DNA of 64,000 nt, from positions 443,829 through 507,828 of the forward strand of contig CP064982.1 in the NCBI GenBank assembly GCA_016699595.1, given 5' to 3'. The notes below the pieces were generated by a model. The model was not told the DNA's origin. It searched no databases and saw only the letters and a list, made by a program, of their open reading frames with translations. The DNA is from a bacterium (GTDB lineage: Bacteria; Patescibacteriota; Dojkabacteria; GCA-016699595). The stretch's first letter is position 1. Each line of letters starts with the position of its first letter. The position numbers and the translations under genes were made by a program. Positions 1 to 11,469 of the stretch are shown here, piece by piece.

Positions 1-478
1 AAATTTAAAATATGAAATTATAGGTAATTCTATAAAGATTCCGAAAAATCAAGAGCTTATTTGCAAGCCAAATTTCAAAGGAGATATGGACAAGATTCCA
101 GATCAGGTTTGGCCGGGTTTTCCGGTTGATCTCATCCCTCCAGCTATTGTACTAGCTTGCTCAGCAGCAGGTAATATCAGGATTCACTCAATCATGTATG
201 AAACACAGTTGTTTTTTATCGAGGAGTTGATGAAAATGAATGGGAAGGTACATCTTTCCAATCCTCATACCGTGGTAACTTTAGGACCGAGTCAATTTCG
301 TGGAGCTAACATAAATTGTCCGGAAATAATTCAAGCAGCTCACGCACTAGTACTTGCGGCACTTGCTGCAACTGGGGAAACAACTTTGAATAGAATTGAA
401 TCTTTGATGAGAAGATATCCAGACCTAGTTAGTAGTCTGAAAAGTCTAGGAGCAGATATCCAAATAGTAGATCAATAA
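1..478 (+). CDS. murA: UDP-N-acetylglucosamine 1-carboxyvinyltransferase MurA, C-terminal part (5' end lies outside the window)
   Basis: The reading frame is open from nt 2 through the listed ORF (86..478). The translation ...PNFKGDMDKIPDQVWPGFPVDLIPP...NCPEIIQAAHALVLAALAATGETTLNRIESLMRRYPDLVSSLKSLGADIQIV matches the C-terminal domain of MurA (E. coli ...APHPAFPTDMQAQF...[20 protein letters not shown]). Confidence 0.85.
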   Translation, partial: NLKYEIIGNSIKIPKNQELICKPNFKGDMDKIPDQVWPGFPVDLIPPAIVLACSAAGNIRIHSIMYETQLFFIEELMKMNGKVHLSNPHTVVTLGPSQFRGANINCPEIIQAAHALVLAALAATGETTLNRIESLMRRYPDLVSSLKSLGADIQIVDQ

Positions 479-482
479 TATT

Positions 483-830
483 TTATTTTGATGATGAATT
501 ATTGCTTTTATTGTTTGGCACTCCAGCACGATGCAATTTCCAGTATTCTTCCTTAGTTAGTATTTGAGCTAGACCTGTGGTCATAAAACCAACAATAAAC
601 TCATACCGTCTATCTGTCGATTTCAATAATTGATAACCTCCAGCTTTCTGAACTTTCCCACAGAATTTCTCAAGCCTTGTAATTTCTGTAACAACAAGTG
701 GATTGACTGAACAGTATTCACAATTATCTGGAGAATTACCTCCCTGTCGGGATTGCCGCATTAACAAGACGATATATTCATCAGATAATTCTTGATACAC
801 ATTTACATGTAAAACATCTGTTTCTGGCAT
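483..830 (-). CDS. hypothetical 115-aa protein with Cys pairs (CEYC ... FCGK), immediately downstream of rpsG on the same strand
   Basis: Intact ORF sitting where fusA would normally follow rpsG. I recognise no domain. A possible Zn-binding CxxC motif is present. Confidence 0.4.
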   Translation of the reverse strand: MPETDVLHVNVYQELSDEYIVLLMRQSRQGGNSPDNCEYCSVNPLVVTEITRLEKFCGKVQKAGGYQLLKSTDRRYEFIVGFMTTGLAQILTKEEYWKLHRAGVPNNKSNNSSSK

Positions 831-871
831 AAAAATATATCGGCAGTAAGGGCAGGTTCATTAATAAAAAA

Positions 872-1348
872 TTACCAAGCTAAATGTGCAAAAGCTTTAT
901 TTGCATCAGCCATTCTATGCATCTCATCTCTCTTCTTCATAGCACTACCTTCACCTTTGTATGCGTCATGAAGTTCTTGAGCCAAGGTTTCCCATGTTTC
1001 GTGTCTAGTATTATTCCTCTTGTCTCTAGCAGAATTTATGATCCATCTATAAGCTAGCGATTTACTTCTGTTTTCTCTCACAGGAGTCGGAACTTGATAT
1101 GTAGCACCACCAACCCTCCTAGACCTTACTTCTATATTCGGTCTTACACTGTTTATAGCTTTTTCAAAAGAAATTACTTGTCCTTCACCCGTGAATTCTG
1201 CAAGTTTATCTAGTGCCTTATATACCAAAATTCTTGCCACACTTTTTTCACCGTCATACATCACATAATTAATGAATTTTGATATGTCTACTGAATTGTA
1301 TTTGTAATCCGGTTCTATTTTTCTAACCGGAGCTTTTTTTCCTCTCAT
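872..1348 (-). CDS. rpsG: 30S ribosomal protein S7
   Basis: Full-length S7-like sequence (158 aa) with the conserved ...SVRPNIEVRSRRVGGATYQVP... and ...RDKRNN... blocks. It lies in an rpsL-rpsG arrangement. Confidence 0.95.
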   Translation of the reverse strand: MRGKKAPVRKIEPDYKYNSVDISKFINYVMYDGEKSVARILVYKALDKLAEFTGEGQVISFEKAINSVRPNIEVRSRRVGGATYQVPTPVRENRSKSLAYRWIINSARDKRNNTRHETWETLAQELHDAYKGEGSAMKKRDEMHRMADANKAFAHLAW

Positions 1349-1380
1349 AATTTTTATTTATCAATTTTAATAAAGTATAT

Positions 1381-1836
1381 TTAATCTTTTTTGACTTTAG
1401 GTCGTTTTGCACCATACTTTGATCTCTCTTGCTTTCTATTCGCAACTCCAGTTGCATCAAATTTTCCACGAACTATATGATATTTTACACCAGGAAGATC
1501 TTTGACTCTACCACCTCTGACCAAAACCACAGCATGTTCTTGCAAACTATGTCCTATACCTGGGATATAAGCAATAACTTCCTGCTTATTGGAAAGTCTA
1601 ACTTTGGCAATCTTACGAACAGCAGAGTTTGGTTTTTTGGGAGTTCTTGTTGTTACTGATATACAAACACCTCTTTTGAAAGGATTATTTGCTTTCGTAA
1701 ATTTTTGACTCTTCGAGTTATAGTTGAATTGCAATTGTTTGTACTTTGTTGTTTGAGAAAATTCTATCCCTTTGTACTTTGCACTTCCTCTCTTAAGTTT
1801 TCGTGGTTTTCTGAGTATTTGATTTATTCGTGACAT
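1381..1836 (-). CDS. rpsL: 30S ribosomal protein S12, carrying a ~27-aa N-terminal insertion
   Basis: Carries ...[59 protein letters not shown].... It is 151 aa versus about 124 aa typical. The extra segment sits between the KRGSAKYKG block and PFKRGVC. Confidence 0.95.
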   Translation of the reverse strand: MSRINQILRKPRKLKRGSAKYKGIEFSQTTKYKQLQFNYNSKSQKFTKANNPFKRGVCISVTTRTPKKPNSAVRKIAKVRLSNKQEVIAYIPGIGHSLQEHAVVLVRGGRVKDLPGVKYHIVRGKFDATGVANRKQERSKYGAKRPKVKKD

Positions 1837-1852
1837 ATATTATTTATAATTA

Positions 1853-4800
1853 TTACCATACATTGCTACCTAGAGGTACAACCCTACCGATTATAACATT
1901 CTCCTTAAGACCTTTCAAGTGATCTACAGAACCAACCAAAGCTGAATCCGAAAGAACACGCACTTGCTCTTGGAAAGATGCTGCTGACAAGAATGATTCG
2001 GACTTCACTGCAACTTGTGATATACCTAAAAGCTGCCTTGTATACTTGATAGGATCTTTACCTTCTGATTTTAATTTCTCATTTTCGTCCCTTATAGTAT
2101 TGTATGATTCAAATTCACCAGGTATGAAAAATGAATCACCAGCATCAACTATTTTTACTAAGCCTCCCATTTTTCTTACCACTATTTCTACATGCTTATC
2201 ATCAATTGCGATACCTTGAACTCCATATACCTCTTGAATATTGTCTATCAAGTATTGCTCAGCCTTTTGCAAATCACCAAAGTTTAGTAAGTCAGGTGGA
2301 TAGATTGAGCCCTCTGATAATTGTTGACCCTGGACTACACTGTCACCATCCTTCACTCTCAAAATAACTTTCTTATCCAATTTGTATTCTACCTCATTAT
2401 TTTTAGTACCAGTGAAATACATTACTCCATCTTTTTTACTGACTTCCCCATTTGTTGGCGCAGCCATTTTCGTTCCATCTTTCTTGATAATCAATACTTC
2501 TGCCTTTTTCACTTTCTTAGACCTAGAAAATTGAACTTCATCATCGTCTTGAATTTTGTATTCTTTATTAATTTCCTCGGTATTTTCAATTCTCAATTTA
2601 TATATACCAGAAACATCATCTTCCAAAATTTTTACAGTCCCAGATATCTCGGCTATAAGTGCTTTCATTTTTGGCACTCTACATTCAAATAATTCTTGTA
2701 AACGAGGAATACCTTGAGTGATATCCTTCGTTCCAGCCTTCGCTCCTGTATGTTTTGAGTCGATAGTCAATTGAGTGGTTGATTCTCCCATAGCTTGTCC
2801 AGCTATGATACCAACTGCAACACCCTTTTCAACTAATTTTCTAGTTCCAAGATTTGCTCCATAACATTTTGTGCATAGACCGTCTTTGGCTTCACATGTC
2901 AAAACTGATCTAACTTTTACCTTGTCAAATTTTTCTGCAATTAACTTTGATAATTCTTCATTGATAATTTCACCAGAATTCAATATCACCTTATCATCTA
3001 AAATGATGTCCTCAGCTACTACCCGACCAGATATCCTTCTTTCAAAACTCAATCGACGATTTACATCTTTGTATATATATATACCTTTCTTAGTTCCACA
3101 ATCGTCAATTCTAGTTATCATATCTTGTGATACATCGCACAATTTTCTAGTAATATATCCAGATATTGGAGTTTTCAACTTTTTGTCAGCTTCTCCTTTT
3201 CTAGTACCTCTAGAAGATGCAAAATATTCAAAGGTTGTAAAGCCTTTTACATAGTTTGACCTTAGTGGCAATGGCACAATACTTCCATGAAGGTCTAGGA
3301 TCAAACCTTTCATAGATGCAGACGATTTGAGCGGTTCGGTTATGGCAATAGCACCAGATTTATTTATCAGAGTAATCGGATTGGTTTGATCATACAACTT
3401 TAGTGTCATTTCTGCTAAATTATCGTTCACTTCTGTCCACAGTTGAGCTGATAATCTAAGTTTTTCACTAGCAGATACTAGACCATTGTCCAAAAGTTTG
3501 TTCAAAGCATCTTCTCTTTTGTTTGCTTCTGCAATTATCTCTTCTCTATTCGGAGCTTGCTTATAGTCGGAAATAGATATAGATACGCCAGAATTTGTCA
3601 ACCATTTGAATCCAAGTTTTTGGATCTTATCGATTGTTTCGAGAGCTACATTTGCACCATATTTTGAATAAATGTCAGAAACAACATCAGAAATCAACCC
3701 TTTGTTAGCTTGTTTATTTATGAATTCATATTCTTGAGGCAAAGATTCATTGAATAGTATCCGACCCGCAGTTGTTTCTACCAAGTCTCCTTTATAATTG
3801 AGCTTTACCTTCGCGTTTGATGTTATTTGATTTAAATCCAACATCTTCATAAGTTCAAGATAATCTGAAACTACCACAACATTATCTGTATCAGCATCTC
3901 GAGTCAGGTAATAATTGCCTGCAATCATATCTTTGTCAGCAAAAATAATTGGAGATCCATCTCTCATCAAAAGAACATTTGAATCAGGCATCATTTTTGC
4001 AATAGCTTCATCAACTGCAGCTTTTGATAAAGGCACATGAACAGACATTTGATCACCGTCAAAGTCAGCATTAAATCCTTTGCAAACTACTGGAGGTATT
4101 TGTATAGCATTACCAGAAATAAGAACTGGGTAAAATGCTTGAATTCCTTGTTTGTGCAATGTAGGAGCTCTATTTAACAATACAGGCCTACCTTGAATGA
4201 CTTCCTCCAGTATTTCATATACTTCTGCATTTTTTTCGTCAATATAAGTTTTTCCTGATTTGGCATTAGCCACAATACCTCGAGCTATAAGCTCTCTAAT
4301 TATAAATGGTTTGAATAACTCTAAAGCCATATCTTGAGGTAATCCACATTGGTTCACATAGAGTTCTGGACCTCCAACAATAACAGCTCTAGCAGAGTAA
4401 TCAACCCTTTTTCCAAGTAGATTTTGTCGAAATCTACCAGTTTTTCCTCTCAACATATCCGAGAGAGATTTGTATGGCTGTTGTCTAGTATTTAGAACGG
4501 GATTTCCGACTCTATGGTTGTTGTCAAGAAGAGCATCTACTGATTCTTGAAGCATTCTTTTCTCATTACGGATAATGATTTCAGGAGCTCCAAGGTCAAT
4601 CAACTTTTTCAATCTATTATTTCTATTTATCACTCTTCTATATAGATCATTCAGATCTGATGTAGCAAATCTTCCTCCCTGTAATTGAACTATTGGTCTA
4701 AGTTCTGGTGGAATCACGGGAAGGTGCTCCATCACAAGCCACTCAGGATTTAAGTTCGAATCTTTCATTCCTTTCAAAATCCTATATCTATCTACCAATT

Positions 4801-5680
4801 TTTTCAAAGTTATGACAGACTTTGCCTTTTCTTTTTGTTTTTCCAAGTTTTTCAATATTGCATCCATATCTTCATGCACTTTTTTCAACATAGTAATGAC
4901 AGCTTCAGCACCTATTTCTGTCTTGAAAAATTTTGCATTTGCTGACTCTATTTGATCAAGTTCATCTTCTGCCAAAACATCACCTACAGAAATATTTTCC
5001 AAAATTTCCTTGATAGCTGAATTTGCATCTCTCAGATCTTTTTCTTGCATATCATATTCAGCTTTCAAATTTGCAATCTCTTTATTTAATTCTGCATTCT
5101 TTTGGACCAACTTCAATTCGTTCTTTTCCTTTTTTATTTGTTTCAACTCTATTTCATACTCTTCTCGCAAATTCTCTATATCCTGTTCTCTACTACTTTT
5201 CATATCAGCAAGTCTTTCTTGTAGTTTTTCTTCTAGTTTTTCAATTTTTTCAACTCTTTTGTCTTCGTCAACTGCAACTACCAAATGTCTTGAGAAATAA
5301 ATCACTCCCTCAAGTTTTTTTGGAGGAATATCAAGAATAATAGCGAGTTTGTTTGGAGTGCCATGAGCATACCATACGTGAACAACTGGAGATGCAAGTT
5401 TGATGTGACCCATCCTTTCTCTTCGAACTCTTTTGTGAGTAACTTCTACTCCACATTTATCGCAGATGATACCTTTGTATCTGATTTTTTTATATTTTCC
5501 GCAATAGCATTCAAAATTTTTTGTAGGACCAAAAATTTTCTCACACATCAGACCATCTGGTTCTGCTCTTTGAGTGCGGTAATTTATCGTTTCTGCCCTA
5601 GTAACTTCACCGTGTGAATTTGCAAGAATATCTTGTGGCGATGAAATTGAAATTTTTAAGGATGAAAAATCTTTTAGCAT
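1853..5680 (-). CDS. rpoC: DNA-directed RNA polymerase subunit beta'
   Basis: 1275 aa with an N-terminal Zn finger (CEKIFGP...CYCGKYK...CDKCGVEV), the NADFDGDQM catalytic motif and trigger-loop regions. It contains a lineage-specific coiled-coil insertion (~aa 130-250). Confidence 0.97.
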   Translation of the reverse strand: MLKDFSSLKISISSPQDILANSHGEVTRAETINYRTQRAEPDGLMCEKIFGPTKNFECYCGKYKKIRYKGIICDKCGVEVTHKRVRRERMGHIKLASPVVHVWYAHGTPNKLAIILDIPPKKLEGVIYFSRHLVVAVDEDKRVEKIEKLEEKLQERLADMKSSREQDIENLREEYEIELKQIKKEKNELKLVQKNAELNKEIANLKAEYDMQEKDLRDANSAIKEILENISVGDVLAEDELDQIESANAKFFKTEIGAEAVITMLKKVHEDMDAILKNLEKQKEKAKSVITLKKLVDRYRILKGMKDSNLNPEWLVMEHLPVIPPELRPIVQLQGGRFATSDLNDLYRRVINRNNRLKKLIDLGAPEIIIRNEKRMLQESVDALLDNNHRVGNPVLNTRQQPYKSLSDMLRGKTGRFRQNLLGKRVDYSARAVIVGGPELYVNQCGLPQDMALELFKPFIIRELIARGIVANAKSGKTYIDEKNAEVYEILEEVIQGRPVLLNRAPTLHKQGIQAFYPVLISGNAIQIPPVVCKGFNADFDGDQMSVHVPLSKAAVDEAIAKMMPDSNVLLMRDGSPIIFADKDMIAGNYYLTRDADTDNVVVVSDYLELMKMLDLNQITSNAKVKLNYKGDLVETTAGRILFNESLPQEYEFINKQANKGLISDVVSDIYSKYGANVALETIDKIQKLGFKWLTNSGVSISISDYKQAPNREEIIAEANKREDALNKLLDNGLVSASEKLRLSAQLWTEVNDNLAEMTLKLYDQTNPITLINKSGAIAITEPLKSSASMKGLILDLHGSIVPLPLRSNYVKGFTTFEYFASSRGTRKGEADKKLKTPISGYITRKLCDVSQDMITRIDDCGTKKGIYIYKDVNRRLSFERRISGRVVAEDIILDDKVILNSGEIINEELSKLIAEKFDKVKVRSVLTCEAKDGLCTKCYGANLGTRKLVEKGVAVGIIAGQAMGESTTQLTIDSKHTGAKAGTKDITQGIPRLQELFECRVPKMKALIAEISGTVKILEDDVSGIYKLRIENTEEINKEYKIQDDDEVQFSRSKKVKKAEVLIIKKDGTKMAAPTNGEVSKKDGVMYFTGTKNNEVEYKLDKKVILRVKDGDSVVQGQQLSEGSIYPPDLLNFGDLQKAEQYLIDNIQEVYGVQGIAIDDKHVEIVVRKMGGLVKIVDAGDSFFIPGEFESYNTIRDENEKLKSEGKDPIKYTRQLLGISQVAVKSESFLSAASFQEQVRVLSDSALVGSVDHLKGLKENVIIGRVVPLGSNVW

Positions 5681-5824
5681 AAAAGTATTCTTTATAATTA
5701 ACTACAAAAATTTTATGATTGATACAACACAACTTTATTTACTGACAAATTACTATGTATTTAATAAGCACTATCTTACAAGTAAGTAATATGTATGCTT
5801 ATAATAAAATTTAGAATTTACCCG

Positions 5825-8800
5825 TTACAATGCCTCCATCTCCTCAATACCTTCCTTCACTTCCATACCTTCTGTTTCACCTAGATTTTCTTCTGTTGCC
5901 TTCGCTACATTTTCTTCCTGTTGCAAAAGTCCACCTGTCTCAACAAGTTCATTTACATCTATCTTGTCTTGAACGACACCCTGTGGAGTTAGATTCAATG
6001 CCAAAGCAGCAAGTTCTTTTTGCAACACACCAAAAGAGGCAGTAGTTTGAGATTCTGGAATAGGTGCTCCTGTAATTATTGCCCTATAAGCCATCACCCT
6101 ACTAACTACATCATCAGATCTTGTAGTCAACGTTTCGTGAAGAAGATAAGGAACTGCATGAGCTTCAAGCGCCCAAACTTCCATTTCTCCAAATCTTTGT
6201 CCTCCAAACTGGGCTTTACCACCCAATGGTTGTTGAGTCACGATTGTATATGCTCCAACAGACCTTGCGTGGATCTTGTCTTCTGCCAAATGATCCAACT
6301 TCATCATATATCTTATACCAACAACTATATCATTATCAAATGGCTCTCCTGTCCTTCCATCATAAAGTTTCACCTTTTGTAAAGCATCATAACCCTTCTT
6401 TTTTGCTTCTTCGTATATTTGATCTGTGTCAATTGGACTAAATATTGGAGCTGAGACCTTGACACCAAGTTTTGAAGCAGCATAACCCAAATGTGCTTCG
6501 TGTAATTGTCCCAAATTCATACGCCTCACTATAGATAATGTATTCAAAACTATATCTACTGGAGTTCCATCTTCCAAAAATGGCATATCCTCTTGTGGAA
6601 GCACTTTTGTGATTATACCCTTATCTCCATGTCTACCTGTCAATTTATCGCCTACACCAATTTTGTGTGTCTTTGCAACGAACACCTTCACTTGCTTCAA
6701 AACACCCGGTGCCAATTTATCTCCCTTGTTTCTATCCAAAACCTGTACATCCATTACTATTCCTTTGTCACCATGAGGTAACCTTAATGAATTATCACGA
6801 ACATCTTTTGCAGATTCTCCAAATATCACCCTAAGCAATTTCTCTTCAGCACTCATTTCTACTTCACCTTTTGGTGCAACTATCCCAACCAAGATATCAC
6901 TTGAATTTACATAAGACCCAACTCTTACTAAGCCATCTTCATCCAAATTTCTCAGTGAAAAATCAGATAAGTTTGGAATATCTCTAGTCATTTCTTCATT
7001 TCCCAATTTTGTCTCTCTGATATCTTGCGAATATTCTCTTATATGTATTGATGTTAAAAGGTCTTCTTTGACCAATCTTTCTGATACGACTATTCCATCT
7101 TCAAATGAATATCCATACCAAGGTATATAAGCAGCCACTAAGTTTGTACCTAAAGCAATCTCATCGTTTTGCATTGAAGGTCCCTGAATCAAAATATCGC
7201 CCTTTTTGAATTTTTGTCCAACTTTAACTAATGGTTGTTGGTCAAAACAAGTATTTTGATTCGTACCCAAAAACTTTGTCAATTCATAAACTACATCTGT
7301 ATCCGATTCTTCCAATATATCACGTTTTTTTGTTGTAATGTTTGATTTATATTCTCTTACAGGCTTATCATATGAAACAAAAACCTTCTTTGCATCAACA
7401 TACTTCACCTCACCATTTTCTTCAGCAAATACTGCCCTACCAGAAGCTTCAGCTAACAATCTTTCGGTTCCTGTACCAACAATTGCTGATTCTGCTTTCA
7501 AAAGTGGGACTGCTTGTCGTTGCATATTTGCTGCCATCAAAGCTCTGTTTGAATCATCATTCATAATAAAAGGAACTATAGATATCGACGCACCTCCAAT
7601 TTGCATAGGAACGACATCAATAAAATTGATCGATGTGACAGCCATATTCGCATAGTTTCCCTTTGTTCGACAAAATACATAAGTATCTTGCAAAGACATA
7701 TCTTCTGAAATAGAAATATCAGCTGGAGCAATAACTTTGTCAAATTCCTCCTCTGGATCTAAATATACTATTTCCTCAGTAACATACATCTTGTTTTTGT
7801 CTACTTTAGTATCTACTTTATTATTTGACTTTTTCAACACTTCTTCATAAGTTTTGCCATCTACAACTCGTCTATATGGAGCTTCCAAAAAACCGAAGTC
7901 ATTAACCTTTGCATACAATGCCATATGAGAAACTATACCGACCTGAGGTCCTTCAGGAGTTTCGACTGGATCAATTCTTGAGTAATGAGAGTAATGAATG
8001 TCTCTAACAGATATCGTAGCACTCTCAGTAGTCAATCCACCAGGACCACCAGCTGTAATTCTTCTTTTTGCTTCAATTTCTGAAAGTATATTCTGCTGAT
8101 CCATGTACCTTGAAATTTCTGAACTTCCAAAAAACTGAGTTATTGCAGCTGATATTGGCCTTGCATTAACAATCATAGAAGGTGTCACCAATTCGTCAGT
8201 AGAAAATGTACCCATCTTATCTTTCAAATTTTTCTCCATTCTCAAAACACCTTTTCTTAGTTCTTCAGCTATCAATTCACCTACACCCCTGATTCTTCTA
8301 TTTGACAAATGGTCGATATCATCAACATTCCTATATCCATTATTCATCTCTATCAAAGCTCTGACAATTGCAACTATATCTCCTTTGTTCATCAGCAAAT
8401 CTTCGTCTTTGATTTCATCAAAAGAAAGCTTTTTCCCAAATAATTTTTTGGCAATCTGGTATCTACCAACTTTACCTAAATAAAATCTTCTTTTGCCAAA
8501 AAACAAAGAGTTAAAAAAAGCCCTTGCTGACTCTATGGAGATAGAATCTTCAGGGCGCAAAGCTTGAAAAATCTTGATAATAGCATCTTCCGATGATTTA
8601 GATTTATCTTTAGCAAGAGTAGCTTCAATAAATGAAATTTCACCATTATCAACTTCTTTGAACATCTTTTGCATATCATCCGTTGAATATCCTAAGGCCC
8701 TTAAAATCGTAGTTAGATGTATTCTAGGTCTTCCTTCAAGCAATTTGACTGTCATTACGCCTTGTTTATTTGTTTCAAAAGTATACCATTTACCATGTTG

Positions 8801-9268
8801 AGGTATGACTTTTACTCCATACAAACTTTTTTGACCATCGTTTTTAGTTTCAATGAAAAGAACGCCTTCAGAGCGAACTATTTGTTGAACTATAGATCTC
8901 TCATTACCAGAAACTGCGAATGTTCCACGCTCACTCATCACAGGAAGATCCATCAGATATATTTCTTGTTCTTTGATTTCCTTCGTTTTTTTGTTTAGCA
9001 AGGATACCTTTATATAAACAGGTATATCCAAAGTGCCTCCTCTATTTAATGCTGATTTGAAAGTATTTGTAGGCTCACCAAAACGAATTTCACCAAAACT
9101 TATCTCCCATGATTTGCCTGTATAATCTTCGACAGGAGAAATTTCTTCGAACAATGCCTTTAAGCCGAATTCCTTAAGCCACCTATAGGACTTAAATTGA
9201 GATTCCAAAAGATTCTTTTGAATACCTTTAAGGGGAGAAGTTGATAGTGATACTCTACCTTTGTTCAT
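5825..9268 (-). CDS. rpoB: DNA-directed RNA polymerase subunit beta
   Basis: 1147 aa with conserved rpoB blocks (...GNERSIVQQIVRSEGV..., ...GHKGI..., ...RFGEMEVWALEAH...). It has an acidic C-terminal tail. Confidence 0.97.
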   Translation of the reverse strand: MNKGRVSLSTSPLKGIQKNLLESQFKSYRWLKEFGLKALFEEISPVEDYTGKSWEISFGEIRFGEPTNTFKSALNRGGTLDIPVYIKVSLLNKKTKEIKEQEIYLMDLPVMSERGTFAVSGNERSIVQQIVRSEGVLFIETKNDGQKSLYGVKVIPQHGKWYTFETNKQGVMTVKLLEGRPRIHLTTILRALGYSTDDMQKMFKEVDNGEISFIEATLAKDKSKSSEDAIIKIFQALRPEDSISIESARAFFNSLFFGKRRFYLGKVGRYQIAKKLFGKKLSFDEIKDEDLLMNKGDIVAIVRALIEMNNGYRNVDDIDHLSNRRIRGVGELIAEELRKGVLRMEKNLKDKMGTFSTDELVTPSMIVNARPISAAITQFFGSSEISRYMDQQNILSEIEAKRRITAGGPGGLTTESATISVRDIHYSHYSRIDPVETPEGPQVGIVSHMALYAKVNDFGFLEAPYRRVVDGKTYEEVLKKSNNKVDTKVDKNKMYVTEEIVYLDPEEEFDKVIAPADISISEDMSLQDTYVFCRTKGNYANMAVTSINFIDVVPMQIGGASISIVPFIMNDDSNRALMAANMQRQAVPLLKAESAIVGTGTERLLAEASGRAVFAEENGEVKYVDAKKVFVSYDKPVREYKSNITTKKRDILEESDTDVVYELTKFLGTNQNTCFDQQPLVKVGQKFKKGDILIQGPSMQNDEIALGTNLVAAYIPWYGYSFEDGIVVSERLVKEDLLTSIHIREYSQDIRETKLGNEEMTRDIPNLSDFSLRNLDEDGLVRVGSYVNSSDILVGIVAPKGEVEMSAEEKLLRVIFGESAKDVRDNSLRLPHGDKGIVMDVQVLDRNKGDKLAPGVLKQVKVFVAKTHKIGVGDKLTGRHGDKGIITKVLPQEDMPFLEDGTPVDIVLNTLSIVRRMNLGQLHEAHLGYAASKLGVKVSAPIFSPIDTDQIYEEAKKKGYDALQKVKLYDGRTGEPFDNDIVVGIRYMMKLDHLAEDKIHARSVGAYTIVTQQPLGGKAQFGGQRFGEMEVWALEAHAVPYLLHETLTTRSDDVVSRVMAYRAIITGAPIPESQTTASFGVLQKELAALALNLTPQGVVQDKIDVNELVETGGLLQQEENVAKATEENLGETEGMEVKEGIEEMEAL

Positions 9269-9430
9269 AAAAGTTATAATTTAGCTAAAATTTAAACTAT
9301 TTTTATTCAATGACAAGACTACTGTTGCCAGTAGACAAGCTAACACTCCATTCATTTAGAATGTAAAACTTGACCATTTTATCAAAATAAAAAGCAAATG
9401 TCAACAGATATAGAAACATGCGAACTAGAC

Positions 9431-10084
9431 CTATTCCGACAGTCCATCATTTGATCCTGCAACGCTTCCATCCGATTGCTCAACTACATTTTCTGAAATA
9501 GTAGTTTTTGTGGCTGTTTCTTTTTGTGGTGGAACTATTGTTGCAATTGCAATATATATATCGGTTCCTGGCTGGAATTCAACACCCTCAGGAAGATTGA
9601 TATCTTTCATAAGTATAGATTCCCCAACATTATCCAACTCAGAGATATCTATAGTTAAGGTTTCAGGCAAATTCTTTGGCAAACCTTCAAGCGGAATACT
9701 ATCTATAGGGGTAACCAAAAACCCTAAATTATTTTTAACAGCCAATGAAACCCCAGTGATCTCAAAAGGAACATTGACCTTAATCTTCCTATCTTGATCA
9801 AGCTTCATAATCTCAAACGAAGTCAACCCCATTGAGACTGGATGTATTTGAACTTCGCGAATAATGCCATCAAAAAAAATATCCCCAACTTGAAATTTGA
9901 TAACTCCAGAATATCCATGTTCTTTAAACGCACTTGCAAACTCTTTCAGATTCATTTCAACAGATATTGACTTTTCTTTTGCACTATAAACAGATCCTGG
10001 TAAATTCCCTTCTTTTCTCAAGGCTCGGTTTGATCTAGTATAAATGTCTCTATTTGTAAGATTTAATGATGTATTTGATTTCAT
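9431..10084 (-). CDS. rplY: 50S ribosomal protein L25 / general stress protein Ctc
   Basis: Has the N-terminal L25 signature (TRSNRALRKEGNLPGSVY...) followed by a beta-barrel region and an acidic tail. Confidence 0.8.
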   Translation of the reverse strand: MKSNTSLNLTNRDIYTRSNRALRKEGNLPGSVYSAKEKSISVEMNLKEFASAFKEHGYSGVIKFQVGDIFFDGIIREVQIHPVSMGLTSFEIMKLDQDRKIKVNVPFEITGVSLAVKNNLGFLVTPIDSIPLEGLPKNLPETLTIDISELDNVGESILMKDINLPEGVEFQPGTDIYIAIATIVPPQKETATKTTISENVVEQSDGSVAGSNDGLSE

Positions 10085-10174
10085 ATATTTAAGTTATTGT
10101 GACTGATTTCAAATACAGCAATACTTGAGCTATCGTCACCTAAATATTTTTTAAACTGAATGTAAACAAACTTG

Positions 10175-11122
10175 CTATTTCTTCCTATTTTGGAATAATT
10201 TTTCGATTATACTACCAATATTCTGAATTGTCCAGAATATACTAAGGCCAGATGGGAAAAACTGTGCACCACCTAGAAACCCAAGTGAAGTTACTGTTGT
10301 CAGAACTGAAAACATTATATTCATCTGTCCACCAAATATATTTGCCATATTCTCTGGAGATACCGCTTCTGGTTTCGTTGAGTCCAATTCCACCGCAGAC
10401 AAATTTTTCTTTCCATCTTTGTTTTTTTCCTTCTTTGCAATACTAACTATTTCGGCATCTTCAATACCGAGCTTCTGATCTTTGGCTAAATCGGCAGAAT
10501 TTTGAACAGAGAGTTTCATTAGCCAAAATTGAGTTGCACCTACCAGCAAAGCCAAAAGCAAGTATGGTAAAATTTGAATAGTGAATAAACTTTCGATACC
10601 ACCACCCATGAAGTCTCTGGCAGTTTTACCTATATCCAAACCAAGAAACATAGGATTTACAGTATCATAGTCTCCATGCTGTAATTTATCAGTATAAGCT
10701 ACCTTATTGAAATTTTTCCAACCAATATTTCTCTCGACAGTTTGATTATTTTCATTTATGACTTCTGTAGCTGAAAAATCAACAATCACATGCCTTAGCT
10801 GAACGAACATCAATATCAGAATTATAGTAAATGCACAGCCCTTACCTACAGATTTCATAACAGCAGGTTGATACTTCATCATCTCAGAAGCAAGTTTATC
10901 TGGATCATCTTTATATTTCTTTTGAATTTCATTAATTTTATCCATTTGCTCTTTGTTTCCTGTTGCCATCTTGTTTTGAAAACTAGTGATTGGGGAAGTT
11001 ACAAGTTTGAAAACTATTGAAAGCGCGATTATTGCCAATCCTAAGTTACTACCCAGTGTATTGTAAAGTATCACTAAAACATTGAAAAGTGGTTGATATA
11101 TAAGTGTGTGTAATATGTCCAT
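10175..11122 (-). CDS. yidC: membrane protein insertase, YidC/Oxa1 family (short form)
   Basis: Multi-TM protein. The segment LGLAIIALSIVFKLVTSPITSFQNKMATGNKEQMDKINEIQKKYKDDPDKLASEMMKYQ parallels the YidC core (TM2 followed by the KYK-DP helical hairpin). Confidence 0.7.
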   Translation of the reverse strand: MDILHTLIYQPLFNVLVILYNTLGSNLGLAIIALSIVFKLVTSPITSFQNKMATGNKEQMDKINEIQKKYKDDPDKLASEMMKYQPAVMKSVGKGCAFTIILILMFVQLRHVIVDFSATEVINENNQTVERNIGWKNFNKVAYTDKLQHGDYDTVNPMFLGLDIGKTARDFMGGGIESLFTIQILPYLLLALLVGATQFWLMKLSVQNSADLAKDQKLGIEDAEIVSIAKKEKNKDGKKNLSAVELDSTKPEAVSPENMANIFGGQMNIMFSVLTTVTSLGFLGGAQFFPSGLSIFWTIQNIGSIIEKLFQNRKK

Positions 11123-11469
11123 ATCTATATTCGTTTCAATTTAAATGAATAACTATATATAACTACTTAGCACTTCACTACATTATAAATGAAGTTTGAT
11201 AAGGTAATAATTTGTACATTACATGAATTAATATAATTAGTAACAGTAAAAATAGTTTACCACGAGTTATAAACAGAAAATGATTTTAACATTATTTGTC
11301 ATAAATTCTATCAAAATATAAAGAGAATTCAAAAATTGTGTTATAATTCTTCTCGAGCTTATATTGGGGTACCTAAGGTTGTACTATATAAAACAGCAAC
11401 AAACAAGGCAATAGTGTAGTACTTTTCAAATTGTTTAACTAACCAAAAATAGGCAGAAGAAGATTTATT

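Noticed and set aside
2131-9000. Multiple 60-127-aa plus-strand ORFs inside rpoC and rpoB
   Set aside because: They lie antisense within highly conserved long genes and translate to low-complexity sequence. They are spurious.
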